Source: Enoplolaimus lenunculus
Lineage: Eukaryota
Assembly: GCA_030248215.1 (NCBI GenBank)
Contig: JASANG010002092.1
Span: forward strand, 62,001-126,000
Length of the DNA stretch: 64,000 nucleotides
Direction of reading: 5' to 3'
Part shown: positions 13,631-26,730 of the stretch, one piece after another
Position numbering within the stretch: position 1 is the first letter of the stretch
Layout: every line of letters begins with the position of its first letter
Position numbers and translations under genes: made by a program
The notes under the pieces: model-generated
What the model was told of the DNA's origin: nothing
Databases searched by the model: none
Seen by the model: only the letters and a program-made list of their open reading frames with translations

Positions 13631-14562
13631 TCCGCTGATTGAACAAGTGTTTAGGTACCAGAATGTGCAGAATACGGTCATTTGAAAGTGGATAAATTAT
13701 GAAGAACGAGATCATTTTGATCGGGTCTGTTTGACCGAAGTGAGTACTGGGAGGTTGATTTTAACCTTGTTGTAAACATGCGGCTTTTTGTCGGGTTTTC
13801 ACAAATTTGACGAGTGAAAACGTCCCCTGCGTTTGTATCACTATGGAATCGTACCACGACAATTCGTTACCCGTGTAACGAAGCGTCAATTCAATTGAAT
13901 GCCGTTCAAATGGTTAAAAAGTAGTCGACGTTAAATGCTGGCGAATGTTCACAATTTGAATGAATGCACATTGTGATTTGGGATGGTATTTAAAAACGAA
14001 TCCTTGTACAATTGTCAAAATTGAAAACATTTTAAAAATCTTACGTAATTGATGAATTGACAGCCAATTTTAGTTTATACATTTGGTTACATTTTGAGTT
14101 CGTGCTGAGCCATTACCGCCATAGCTGGACAATCACACAATTACTGTTATTTATTTTACGGAGGAGTTTGGATCATTTGTGGTTGATTGCCAGGAACAGT
14201 GTCTTTGAATTGATTGTAAGTATTGGAATATTTCTAAGATTTGTGCGTGTCTAAGGGGTGTATCATCGCAGCTGGGGTTACACCCGACAATTCGACGTTC
14301 GACACGTTGTAATCTGAAATTTCATTGACCCTAAAACTCGTCGATCATCATTATGCTTAGGCTCAGGCGTAGGGTTAGGACAGTGTTGGGCGACAAGTTG
14401 TCGAGCGACGAATTGTCTTAGATTCGATCGAGTGCGTAAGTAACATCCATTGTATTGGATTAAATACGTTTTATGGTGTGTGCTGATGGAAGTTACTTAT
14501 TTCTATTAATTCTATTGGATGTTGTTTTGGCAAGTTCTTTTTTCTCTAAAACGTTATCAATG

Positions 14563-14723
14563 CAGGCGCGTCGCCAGCTCACTTTGCTAGGAGGGCTAAA
14601 CAGTTTTCAAAACGTGCATACAAGGGTTTTCGATTACTTACAAGTAAAGTTGAAAATGTTCTAGGGGTGCCACAAAAGTCTTCCAAACGGGAAGCCCACA
14701 TGCCCCCGCTGGCTACTTCTCCG
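14563..14723. mobile_element. hAT-like MITE (CAGGCCCGTAGCC family)
   Basis: CAGGCGCGTCGCCAG...CTGGCTACTTCTCCG; perfect 8-bp TSD TATCAATG. Confidence 0.8.
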
Positions 14724-15396
14724 TATCAATGTCGTGTACGTGTTTTGTTCTGTTAACAATACAGGTAGCGCAAATGTGGCGACTGCACAGCCGTCCAGTA
14801 CTAGCAGTAGGTCTGCCTGATATATGGTTGGGTACAATTGCAGGTAAATGAATTCACTTGAGTTGTTTTTTGATAAGGTGGTGTTTCGGTCGAGTTAATT
14901 TATCTTGATTTATAGATGGAGTTAGGCAGGTTTGCAGAGAGCCAGCCAGTTTTATTGGGGAGAGTTGAGCGGAAATGGTTATGTTGCAGGTTGGCTGGCA
15001 TTGCGGAATAGCGTGGGTTTTATGGGCTTTTTATGTTGGCTGATCGACACTGAAGTGATGTGGTTAAGGCTGTTGGATAGTTTTGTTAAGATTTAAGCAT
15101 AAGGCTTTGGTTTAGGCAAAGGATTAGGTATGAGGAATTCTTTTTTTAAGTCTAAACGCAAATTGAAGCCTAAATCTGGGGGGAAGTGTACAAGAGTCGA
15201 GATTAACATGTCATTGATAAGTAGTCGATAAGAATGATTTTTATTCGGGCAGTATTCTTTTGTTCAACAGATATTAAGACAGGTAAAAGCAGTCATGCGC
15301 GCCATATCTTAAGATTTGCCTGAACAATAACTGAACAGCTTTTGTGAATGGAGTTTCCAATCGAGCCAAAACTGGAAATTAAAATTAATTCACTGG

Positions 15397-15522
15397 CAGT
15401 GGCGGATCGAGAAGTTTCTAAAACGCGACCGTGTGAGATATAGTAGAACAAAACGTTGTTTGATGTCTGTTTGTTGAGGAGGGGGCGTAGGCCGGGGAGC
15501 CCCATCGTTAAAACCGCCAGTG
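15397..15522. mobile_element. Short hAT-like MITE (CAGTGGCGG ends)
   Basis: CAGTGGCGG...CCGCCAGTG; TSD ttcactgg/cacactgg. Confidence 0.65.
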
Positions 15523-15840
15523 CACACTGGCAAGAGAACAGTTGAGGTTATTGTGTCGTTGTTTGTCGCCGATTTTGTCTGACCTATGTTCTAAACTGAG
15601 CTATAAAACGAATGCAACAGTAGGTATGCGGTTATTTTTGTCTTCGGTATGAACGGTATTTTTAATTAACGTACAGTGGTTTGTTTTCATCAGATAAATA
15701 CGTATATATACTATATATTATATATCTTTGTATGTGTGTGATGTGAAAAGGGCTTCGTTTGGTTTTTAATTGTATTTGCCTGTTATTGTTTGACCTTTCT
15801 GAAATATTTGTAAATTACGCTGATTTTTATTTCAGGCTTA

Positions 15841-15972
15841 GGATAGCGCTATACTTGTCGTGTGGCGCCGTCCGTCACCGTACGGCATCGTAAGAGTAAT
15901 TCACATACAATACGCACGGTAACGTACGGTTTCGGGACGGTGACGGACGTCACTACAAGTACAGCGCCACAC
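15841..15972. mobile_element. PIF/Harbinger-like MITE
   Basis: GCGCTATACTTGTCGTG..CCGTCACCGT / ACGGTGACGG..CACTACAAGTACAGCGC inverted arms flanked by TTA; related GTTGCGCTATAC hairpins at 23592..23644 and 53381..53438. Confidence 0.6.
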
Positions 15973-17898
15973 TTAGTGGGATTGTTATTATAGTATCGTT
16001 TGTAACTGCTCATTATTATTAACCAGATATAACATCTACTTTTGTGCACTGTTTGAAGTGTTGGAGTTGCGCAGTAGTATGTATATATTGACTGAATTAG
16101 AATTAATTGTTAATAGCTTGAATTTTTTTATTTTTGCTGACCGGATCCAGGTATTCGGTCGCAAACTGCTGAGCTGTATCCAAAATTTTTCTTGCTGTAA
16201 CTTTTTTTATCACAGTAAAACCAAAAATCTATTTAACGTTTCGCCCGAAAATCGACCTCTGGATTTGGTAAAGCTTTGCGGCATGTCCCGACAATTGTGT
16301 TGTAAAATTTTTTAATTACTTTTATGTTATGCTATTAATTGAATTTGCTTTTATTTTTAAAGTTAATTTTGAATACTTGTATAGCAGAAGATTGTGACCC
16401 AATACATGCTCATTACTGTCGCCAGGACACTGCGTGCTCTAAGAAGTAACATTTTACTCGTGTTTTAATGCCGCCGTCATTAATCCACCAGTTTCTTGTA
16501 CACTGACCGCCCACGAGCTTAAGCCTAAGCGTATACTTATGCGTAAACTCATACCAAATTACAAAAATTTCGAAAACTGTGTAAGTGAGAGTGCAAGAGC
16601 CCACCGCAGCCATAAACTGAATCTAAGTTCGGCTTGCTCGCCAGTATAGTCACGTGCCATGGTCAAAGCGGGGTAGATGTGGCTCAGCCTCACTGGATGA
16701 ATTTTTGCTTCCCCCCTTCGTAGAAAATGTTCAACCTTACTTGTAAGTCATTGAAAACCCTTGTATGTCCCTCCTGAGAATTTTAGCCCCCCTTTCCCCA
16801 CCAAGGTAAGCTGTTTACGGGCCTGTTTAACCATGCACACAGATCAAACATTTCCTATTTTACATCTCTTCGTAGCGCACCATAATTCCAAAAACCACAC
16901 ATTTTACTGCAAGCCCCCACGTTTCTAAACGGCATCAACCACCACAGCACCTGGCGGAATCAAAGAAAAACAACATTTGCTTCAGCGAACACGCGCTACC
17001 GATTTCAAAGTCTTCGTTCTGCTGCTTATTTTTAGTACAGCAAAGCAGCCAGTGTATCAAAAACAAGTACAGACACACAGTACAATAACTAATCTCGGTC
17101 AGTGTAGCGGTATGTGAATAGAATCGTAGGCAGGATTTGAGTTCGGGAGACGGGATAACTATGAGGTAAGTCTATTTGCGAGCGAGCGAAGCGAGTTAAC
17201 ATCTACAGGTTATTCTACAGCGTGTACATTCTACAGCGTGTACGTTTTTGAGTCTGCAGAAATTTCGGGGGGTGTATTTCGGTATCCCCACTTGTACACG
17301 CGCTTTTAGAACTGAAGTCATTTCCGGTCGCCAGGATACATACAGACACCCATAAATTAATATACACATACACGCAACAAAACAGTCATGTGTTTTCGAA
17401 CTGTACAAGATAAATACAAACACATCTGGAACACAATGATATCATTAAGGGGTGGGAGCCCAGTTTTCAATTCGAGAGGGAATATTTTATGTCAGTTTTT
17501 GTGGCGGGCGAGTGTTGACTGCAATGTGAAAAAACCATTTGATTTCTAAGATGCAGCCGGCTGTTTTTTCTTTTCTTTGATCTGTCTTGAAATTTCGGTG
17601 GGGACATATAGCTTGTATCCCCTACTTGTATACGGCCCTCGATATCACAATATTAATCGAGCATATCAAAAAAACCAAACGCTATCCAAATATGAACTGA
17701 CGGCATAGTGGAAAAAGCATATACAAAACAATATACTTACGTATATTAATGGTCCGTGTACAAATATACGTAATATAAACATACACATACATATACATAT
17801 GAGAATAACATGCATGTATAGAACAGCATTACCTATATTACATAAAGCACCATGTATACGTTGAGTGTTCATTATTACTGTGTTCTGCGGTCGAATAT

Positions 17899-18064
17899 CG
17901 GGCTCGTAACCAAGAAGGCGCCAGGGAGGGCTCAGCTCCCCCCTTGGAAAAATTATGCCCCCCCTAGAAGATTTCAACCCTGCTTGTAAGTCAGTGGAAA
18001 CCATGAAATGCCCCTCATGAAACATTTTTTGGCCCCCTAGCAAGATGAGCTGGCTACGGGTCTG
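17899..18064. mobile_element. hAT-like MITE (CAGGCCCGTAGCC family)
   Basis: CGGGCTCGTAACC...GGCTACGGGTCTG; perfect 8-bp TSD TCGAATAT. Confidence 0.85.
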
Positions 18065-18411
18065 TCGAATATCAAGGCAAGAGATTGTGTGATTTTATAT
18101 GATAAACGCGGAACCATGTACGTTTAGCCATTTTGGCGTGTACACATCGCATGCAGTTCGGAGTTCTCCCTGCCCCAACCTGCATACCTCATTCGATAAA
18201 TCTCAACCAGAGTGCATAGAAAAGAAAAAGTAAACCAGATCTGCTGTTTTGCTAAAACCCAAGTCCCATTGGACAGTTTTGTAGCCCCCCCCACCTCCCA
18301 CGCCCAAAGTAGAAAAGTTTTGCTTAGAGTTAGTTATAGGCTTAAGATAGGTTCGAAATATGCTAATACTACGCTGGTACGGCCCTCAGCTGTACATGGG
18401 CCACCTACGGG

Positions 18412-18757
18412 GCAATGATGGAAGTGTCTGTCTCGGTAGGTCTCAGTGGTTTGCAGGTCTCGGTCTCACTTTGTTGAGTCTCGGTGGTTTGGAAACGAGA
18501 CCAGTAGTCGAGAATTCAGCAAATGTATGGATAAAATATTTATGTGAAATTATGAAATTTGATAGTTACGCAATAATTACGAGCAGATATTTTGAACAAA
18601 GACCAAAGGCTATGAAAAATACAAAACTGTATAAAATTGTTTATTATGAAAATTTTAATTTTTTTCGGTGATAAGCAAAAATTGACCGAGACCGAGACTT
18701 TCGTAAGCCGGTTTCGGTAGTCAGGTCTCGGTTTGTAACCGAGACGATCCATCCCTG
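18412..18757. mobile_element. hAT-like MITE (CAGGGATG ends, CCGAGA repeats)
   Basis: Ends in CCATCCCTG; GGTCTC/GAGACC subterminal repeats; inverted homolog at 43027..43402 in DPM1 intron 2. Confidence 0.65.
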
Positions 18758-19106
18758 CTGTTGGGGGTGGCTCTTGCACTGTGGGGGAACTACTAAACCG
18801 AGACCGCCCATCCCTGCTGTGGAGGGGCTTGCTCATCTACAATAGGGATAATTAACATTTATGGACTCTAATTAGGGTTCAGGGACTCTATCCTCTTACG
18901 GACTCTTATTAGGAATACGGACTTCTATTAATTTGGAGTCAAAATGGGGATCCCCTCTTATTTGGGTCACTACAGTAAGTTTCTTGATTTATTGTTTGCA
19001 CAAATTTGGTATGAGGTTACTTGTTATGTTTCATATACAGTGCAAAGTTAACATTTATACAGCCATTTCTTTTAAACCAGGAGGCTTTAAAAATGGCAAC
19101 GCTGAC

Positions 19107-19517
19107 CAGGGTGCAATCGGAATTCCGGTTCCGATTAGAATTCCGATTCAAAAGGAGTTCCGATTTTGATTCCGATTGCACAATCAATAGGAATCGGAAT
19201 TTCCACATTTTAATTTTTGACCTACTTGTTGTGATATCTTGTATAAACAAATTCAGCATATTTATCTATTAATTTGTTTTCGATAAGTTAACTTATCAAT
19301 AATTGATTGTAGTTTAGATTTACAGAGCCAAAAAAGATTGTCATTTTGTTCATGCGACATTTTTGAGAATACTGCCAGCCAACAGACACCCTAAATCAAT
19401 ATTATACTTGTTAATACAAATTATCCGTATAGTCACAAATTTTGTAGTTCCGATTCCGATTCAGGTATAAATTTGCTGTTCCGATTCCGGTATAATCCAG
19501 TTCCGCTTTGCACCGTG
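19107..19517. mobile_element. hAT-like MITE (CAGGGTGCAA family)
   Basis: CAGGGTGCAATCGGAATTCCG...TTGCACCGTG; TTCCGA subterminal repeats; flanks acgctgac/acgttgac. Confidence 0.8.
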
Positions 19518-20074
19518 ACGTTGACCTCTGTGCGTTGAAATCTAGAAAGTAAACCAACGCGATACTCGTTATATGTTGATTTGTAGTATTTTTTCTCAAT
19601 TGTAATCTGAAAATATTAGCTGCTATTTTATTCTTCTCTTTAAATGGCGATTATTAGTTGATAAATTGAAATTTGGTCTGGCTTCTATTTCGGATAGAAA
19701 GTATGTTTTCATTCATGACTGACAAATAACGTTGCCTTCGTTCATTGCTGCAGGCTTGCTTTTAATAGAAGGCTAGATAAATATGTAGTAGCAGTAGGTT
19801 TCGCGAACGCTTGGTATAGTTTGTATATATGTAATAGGTATATGATACGTACTTCACCATTTTGCCATGCAGCCATAAAAGTTATACCGCTGAAGTCAGC
19901 TCGTAGAGATCAATAGGATGGGCCACTTTGTGTTTACTTTCTATGGGTGTCTAAATTGTTGTCCACGAAATTGACCAGCTTACAGATATGTAAGGGTGGT
20001 GTTCAGGGCGGAAGATAGGGAGGCCCCTTCCTTTCCATTTGTATGAAAACGTGGTAGCTGTCAGCCATCTATGT

Positions 20075-20444
20075 CAGTGTGCGACCAGATATCATGATCT
20101 GGTTTAATATCCGGTAAAAAATCGATATCCATTTCCAGTATACGGTATTAATCTATCGGGTACCGGATATGTACGGTGGTGATACCAAATGTCATAAAAC
20201 TGTTTATTTTAAGTGAACGTCTTTAACATTTTGCTGCGAGTGCATTTTTGTGCAAGTGAAGAGTTCAAATTTACTAGACTGAAGCAACAAAACAATTCAA
20301 ACTAATGAACATACACTTTTGCACGGCTTAAATACACTTCAAACTCTGCAAATTTAGATGCTATATCCGGTTGATATCTGGTTCCGGTTAAAAATACACT
20401 GTCCAGTTTCTGTATCCGGTAAATTAATGTCTGGTTGCACCCTG
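20075..20444. mobile_element. hAT-like MITE (CAGGGTGCGACC family)
   Basis: CAGTGTGCGACCAGATATC...CTGGTTGCACCCTG; homologous to 32137..32511. Confidence 0.75.
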
Positions 20445-20702
20445 ATTTATGCCTGATATAAACATGGTGGATTGTATCACAAATCTTGGTGGATTTTCAA
20501 TATTTCAAAGAAATGTTATTTTAATTTTAAGATGCTATATCCGGTTGATATCTGGTTCCGGTTAAAAATACACTGTCCAGTTTCTGTATCCGGTAAATTA
20601 ATGTCTGGTTGCACCCTGATTTATGCCTGATATAAACATGGTGGATTGTATCACAAATCTTGGTGGATTTTCAATATTTCAAAGAAATGTTATTTTAATT
20701 TA
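20356..20702. repeat. Tandem duplication, 174-bp period
   Basis: AGATGCTATATCCGGTTG...GTTATTTTAATTT occurs at 20356 and 20530. Confidence 0.9.
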
Positions 20703-21282
20703 CGAAGGCGTTCCTTCGAATAGCTTTAACGTGTCTACGATAGCAAATATATATCGGTTACAACTGGAGGTCTGCCTCCGGCTCTGGCGAAAATAGAAAT
20801 TCTGCCGGAGGTTCCAGCACTTTCGGTAGTGAAGTTTTGTAGTTTTAAAAATTTATTTGTTTGATGCGTTTCGTTCTATCGTTTGGTACATTTTTGATGA
20901 GAAATTGTCGAGGTTTCTTAGAATAAGCGCAAAACCAAAACATTTAACAGCACCTAACAGATATTTGCTAAAATTAGCAAATTAAACATCGGTTCAACTG
21001 CGTTATTTCACCTCACTTCCGGCTGGACTGTGACCCTGAAATGTAAAGATCGTACACACAGTACTAACTACGAAATTATCCTGGCTATGTTAGACAGATA
21101 ATTATCATATTCAACTGTCTACTGTCTTGTTGTTGTTGTTGTTCGCCACTTTTGTACTCATTAATTCTGGATACACATTAGGGTTTCTTTTCAGTAACCT
21201 AGTTACATCGTTTGGCAGCGGTATGGAGTATAGATTACCCTAGGAATTTAATAAAATATAGTATATTTTATAGATTTCGATT

Positions 21283-21558
21283 CGCTGAGGTCAGCGGTAC
21301 CATTGTAAGCGCTGCAGGGCTTCCGGTTCAATAGTTATGGTCCTTTAAATTTTAACTTTTTACTATGTAAAACATGTACAAACGCCAATCAAATTTGTGT
21401 AAGGAATAAACCTGGTAAAGGTTATATTTTACCAACATGTTCCTTATAGATACTTTGTCTTCCAAGCTGTTAGTTTTTGCACTATAATTTCGAGGGCCAT
21501 AACTTTTGAACCGTTGGTCGTGCAGCCAGAAAAATGGTACCGTTGAGTTCAGCTCGTC
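21283..21558. mobile_element. Imperfect foldback element (Tc1/mariner-MITE-like)
   Basis: GCTGAGGTCAGCGGTACCATT..CGGTTCAATAGTTATGGTCC mirrored by GGCCATAACTTTTGAACCG..AATGGTACCGTTGAGTTCAGC. Confidence 0.55.
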
Positions 21559-24500
21559 GAGATTTATACGATGGACGACTTTTTATTAAAACCTAAGGAG
21601 GTCCAGATTCCGTACCTCCGCCCTTCGTTTAAACTCTGCGAGCGACTGCATCTAGGATCCAACAGATTAAGCCTGTAAAAGTATTTTTGTAGTCTGTCGG
21701 CAAATTTCAAAGGGATATCGTTTTGTCCCCTCTTGTAACCGACAGCGATATTAATATATGAATGACAATGTCTATATAGTTTTTTCACTACTTTGATGAT
21801 AATAAATAAGGAGGAAGGAATATAGAATTTGTTATGGTTGTGTTTGTTTTAGTGACAAATTGTTGAGAAAATGCAGGTATGCCCGCCGCGTGTCTGAACT
21901 CATGTGTTTTGGTACAGAAAGTAAAGCTACGAGTTTAGATAGTTGGCTGTATGCTTTCCTACTTCCGGGTTTGGCTTAGAAGTTGTACATTCAGTTGTTT
22001 ACTGTTCACTGAACAACGAAACTGCAAGCGACCATTTGGGCCCGTAGCTAAGGAGGGCGACAGAGGAGCTCAGTGCCCCCGTGGAAAAATTTTGGCTGCC
22101 TATAAAATTTACAACCTTGCTTGTAAGTTATTAAAAACCCTTGTATGCCATAGCTGAAAGTTTTTTAGCCCTCTAACAAGGTGAACTGGCTACGCGCCGG
22201 CGACTGTTCCGTTGAGCAGTTGTATGAGCATTGTTCCTTTCGACCAGGAGCTAAAGTACGTATATAAGGGCGGAAGTGGCCCACACACCTTCAATTCGTA
22301 TTCTTCAGAACCAGACTAATATTTCAGTATATTTTTAGCGATTCCTGTATTTTATGTTGCTTACTGATTTGGACGTGGTTATTAACTGCAGTATATTTCA
22401 GTGTAATTATATATGTAGACTTTTACCGTGACCCCTGTTCACAAAATTAGAATTGAATTGTCGGTTTCAGGCAATTTCATTTGTTCCCGGTTTGGAATGT
22501 ATCCGGTAATGTGTGTTTTCTGGTTGGTTATGTAGCGTTTCGTCGCCCGACAACTTGTCACCCAACAGTGTACTAAAGCGTAAGAGTATATCTAATCATA
22601 ATCCGAAGTGTAACCTTATGTCTAAGCATAATGATGGGCGATGAATTGTCGAGTCGATTAAATGTCGGATTACAAGTCGTCGGGCGACGAACTGTCACGA
22701 TCACGATATTTAAAATGGTGGTGGGAAGACCGAAATCATAGACTGAAAATATGTTGTATAAAGCTGACTTGTAAGATGCTTAAGATAAGATACTGTATTT
22801 ATTATTTATAGAATATCGAATAATAGATTTAGTTGGTAGCTGTTAGTACACGACTGTACCAAGCATCGTTAGTATATGAGTTTTGTAGGCAAAATGTTTT
22901 TTTCTATAGTGCAAATATGTGTGTGTATTGTTGTGTTACATAGTTCTTTGTTCGCCTCTCGGGTGTTGTGCTCGGGTGGTTTCTGTCTGTGATGTTATTA
23001 TCGTGGCCTGTATTCTTAAATGCGTATAGCACCTATCACCAGTTAGCGATAAGTTGTCACACTGACGAACTACAAGTAGTAGGAACCAACTCGTAAAAGT
23101 GTGCAGGATTTCGAAATTATTTATTCAGTGGTTCGAAAACTAAAAGTCCTATCAGTATGCACCAACTAATGATAAATGCTATATAGATTTGAGAGTACGT
23201 GTCTAGTGTTGAATAAAGCATTGTGGACATTACATAATAATTGCGACGGGCAAATCACAGGCTGTTCAAGTATTCGTGTAAAACGCAACAATCATTGTCG
23301 GTGGTGGATGGGTCCCCCTAAACAGGTCCGAGAGAGCCCCCATTAAAATGTTCCACAACTTTATATAACTTCGTGGTCCGTAAAACATTTTTAGTTTGCC
23401 AAGATGGGGCCCTGTACTGTGGCATTTTGCTATGTGTATGTCGTATGTCAGTCTACTATTCACATTGACTCAGACCAGTTGGTAATTGGCTTCAATAGCA
23501 GAATGACCTACGACATATATACAAATACGTATATTAGGACTGCGATATACTCGCCGCACGCCGTTGTACGCCGCCGCGTGGCGTTGTAAGCGTTGCGCTA
23601 TACTCGCCGGACGCCGCCGCGGCTCAGCGAAGTATAGCGCAACCCCGTGTATTTTATATATCATCCAATAATTTGAATTGTAAGCAATTAAGCTTTATTG
23701 TCTGACTTGTAAGGTGTAGACTGTCGCTGTGTAGTGTCTGTATGTTTGCTGCTTGTCTGCGCTGTTGTTGTATCAGTAATTTAAGCACTCGGAGACGATA
23801 GTTTAGCGTGGTGGGTTGTAGTCATCAGTAGTTGAATGGCGAATCCTTTGATTTTGTGTTTTAGGAAATGCGTGAATTGAATTGTGAATTTGTGACGTAC
23901 TGCTGCAGTTCAGGGGCGTATACAGGCTGCGCGGACAGTAGAAAATATATGTAAAGTTTCGCAGAGGAAAAATGTTGCAAAAAAATTTCAGATGGGTGGC
24001 GCGTACGCCCTACGCTTTCTGGATTCGTTAGTGGATTGAAGAGATATATTCACTTTCCCCGAACTGTCCAGACAAACAACAATCCTGTCTACAACCCTGC
24101 TTCTGTGGCTTACTATTGAGGTTATTGAAGTAGAATTTTTAAAATCATTTACGATGGTTCAGTGAGGCAGTGTCATTGGTCCTTAGTTCGTACTCAACTG
24201 GAATTTAATCGGAGAGCCAGTAGGTTCGTTGGGGAAACTTCATGTTCTGTTGTACGTACCAGTTTATTGTTTTGTACGTACCAGTTTAAGTATAGTTTCT
24301 GTGGATATTGTAAATTTTGTACCTGAGCACGCAATCAAACCTCGGCCAGAAAACATTAGATGCGCCTCGCTACCTTTATGCAAGGCCGTAGGTCGTTCTA
24401 GACACATGATAGTGGAAGGTGAACATATTTCAATTAGGAACCCTCTCACTCTGGGATTTGCCATTACGCACAAGATGGGATAAAATATTTCTGGGAGCAA

Positions 24501-24990
24501 AGTTTGTTATGGACGAGCGAGCACAATTGGCTGCGGACCCGAATCGTCTATGCAAGCCGGCACATTATTCTTCAGTAGCTCATATATAGCATTTGTGAAC
24601 CTGTGTTCGTATTCTCAAATGTGTATAGCACGTATCACCAGTTTTCTAGTAAGTCTTGTAATTGTAACATTGTAAGAAGTGAATGGCGAGTTTCGAAATT
24701 CTGCACGTTAGTCAAATTTGATTTGTCATATTTTTGCTCAAATTTTGAGATCCCCAAACGCTGAAGTTTATCAGTTTGAAAACCTATCACTAACTGGTTC
24801 TCGGTCGGTGCTAAACACATTTGAGCATATGGGTTTTTGGCTAAAAGCCATTGTCACGTGATTTGTGTTTCTGTTTCATACGTTGATGCTTTTTTGTTCA
24901 GCCAGACGTCTATTATATAAGCTATTATGCTGCACCGTGTTTGAAAATTAAACTATTTATATGTATAATCTGTTGTTGTATATATGTCGT

Positions 24991-25231
24991 GCCCCAAAGA
25001 GCTATTTGCCCCAGTTGGCAACTGGGACGTCGGACGGCCCCAACGACACTTGTGCAAGTCAGTTTTGTTGAACACAGTCCCGCCAGAACAAGCAATCAGA
25101 AACAGTTTGCATTACAGCATCTGTTTGGTCTGTACACTCCTCCAATCAAAAGCACTTTGTATTCCAGTAGTTGTTTTTGCTGGCAACGGTCGCTTGGACG
25201 TCCCAGTTGCCAACTGGTGTAAAAAAGGGGC
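24991..25231. mobile_element. MITE with long inverted ends
   Basis: CCAGTTGGCAACTGGGACGTC at about 25011 mirrored by GACGTCCCAGTTGCCAACTGG at about 25197. Confidence 0.7.
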
Positions 25232-26566
25232 AGTGATATGAAGAACCTGAGGGGGTGCATGCCCAATTTTTCTGACTCTTTTCGGTTATCACCCTTGCCA
25301 GAGTTTGCCAAAGATGATTGGATTTTTAAAATTTTGCATGTTTGAGCTCTCATAACATCGTTCCATGACCATTTCATGCCCAAATTTGCATTTTTGAAAA
25401 ATTTGATTTCTTTGGTCTCAAGGCCCTTCCTTGGCACCCAAAATTTTTTTGTTAAAAAGTTAGACAAATGAATTTGGGACTCAGCTCTGCAGGCTGGGTT
25501 GAATGGTATCTAAATTATTTAACTTTTTTTAACAAAAAATTTTTGGGCTTTAACGGGGACCTAGAATCCTTAAAAAATCACATTTTCAAAAATTCTTGTG
25601 AGAAAGTCAGCGAAGCGCCAATTTTTTTAACATTTTTTCTCCAGTCTCAGTATTAAGTCACGTTGCCAGAAATTCATCTTGGCAGATCTCTAACGTAAAG
25701 GCCTAAAGGGTATTCTATTCAACACTCCAGGTTCGCTGTGAAAATGTGATCAAACAGATTCTGTTGAAAATTTGTGATCTGGAAAAGACATTAGATATGT
25801 CTTGAAAATAATTTTTTGGTTCAAGGCTTGAAACGGCGTTTGGACCCGCAAGACTGATCTATGTCAAGCGTTAACTGCCTGTTCGTATTTATTTTCACTT
25901 TTTAGAAATATCTAAATATACACGTAATACGTATACAATTTGGTCTTGTGACTTTTGGGGTGTATGCGAATGTTAGGTTTATTTACATCCAAGCAGGGTA
26001 TGGTCGTATGTTGATATGTTTTTCAGTAGCGCTATGTAGTATCAGTACGTATATGTATGTGTAGCTGTGCATATATATCTATCGACACTGTAATATTGAT
26101 TTGTTGGTATTTTTTCAAACTTGCTGATGTTGTGCCAAAATTTGAAATTGAATGTTAGAGTGTTGCAAAATGATTTGTAGGGGAACTGAACGGGTTCAGG
26201 CCACTATAACCTCCCCTTTTTTCTTTCAACTACTTTTTGTGTAGATTTAGCATTACTAGGTTTGCCTGTTTTAAGCATCAAGCCCGTCGGGCTTCGGTCG
26301 CTCAACAATACATTTCTGTACGAAGTGCGGATTGGCTAATAATGTGCGGAGTATTGGTGGTTTCAGTGAGATTTGCATTTCTGTTTGACTAAGGGACTGC
26401 ATACTTGATGATACTTTTACGCATACGTCGAAGGTCAATGCCTGGGCGAAACTGCATTTTTTAGATTAACGCCTAATCTCAATAAGAATGATTGAAATTG
26501 AATGTGTAAGATATTTTGTTATTTAGCTAAAACTTAAATATATACGGGACTTTTCAGTGATTCCTA

Positions 26567-26730
26567 CCCCCCTATACGGCGTTTGCTCAAAAATGGTTGG
26601 ATTTTGAAATTTTTTTGCATATTTGAGCTTCTCATGACCTCCCCTGATCATTCCACGCCCAAGTTAATTCAAATATGCACAAAATTTTCAAAATCCAACC
26701 ATTTTTGGGTAAACGCCGGCTTGGGGGGAT
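26567..26730. mobile_element. Foldback deletion derivative of a dispersed DNA element family
   Basis: GGCGTTTGCTCAAAAATGGTTGGATTTTGAAA..GCATATTTGA mirrored by TCAAATATGC..TTTCAAAATCCAACCATTTTTGGGTAAACGCC; related pieces at 4640..4740, 5610..5740, 8470..8640 and 25280..25600. Confidence 0.7.
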
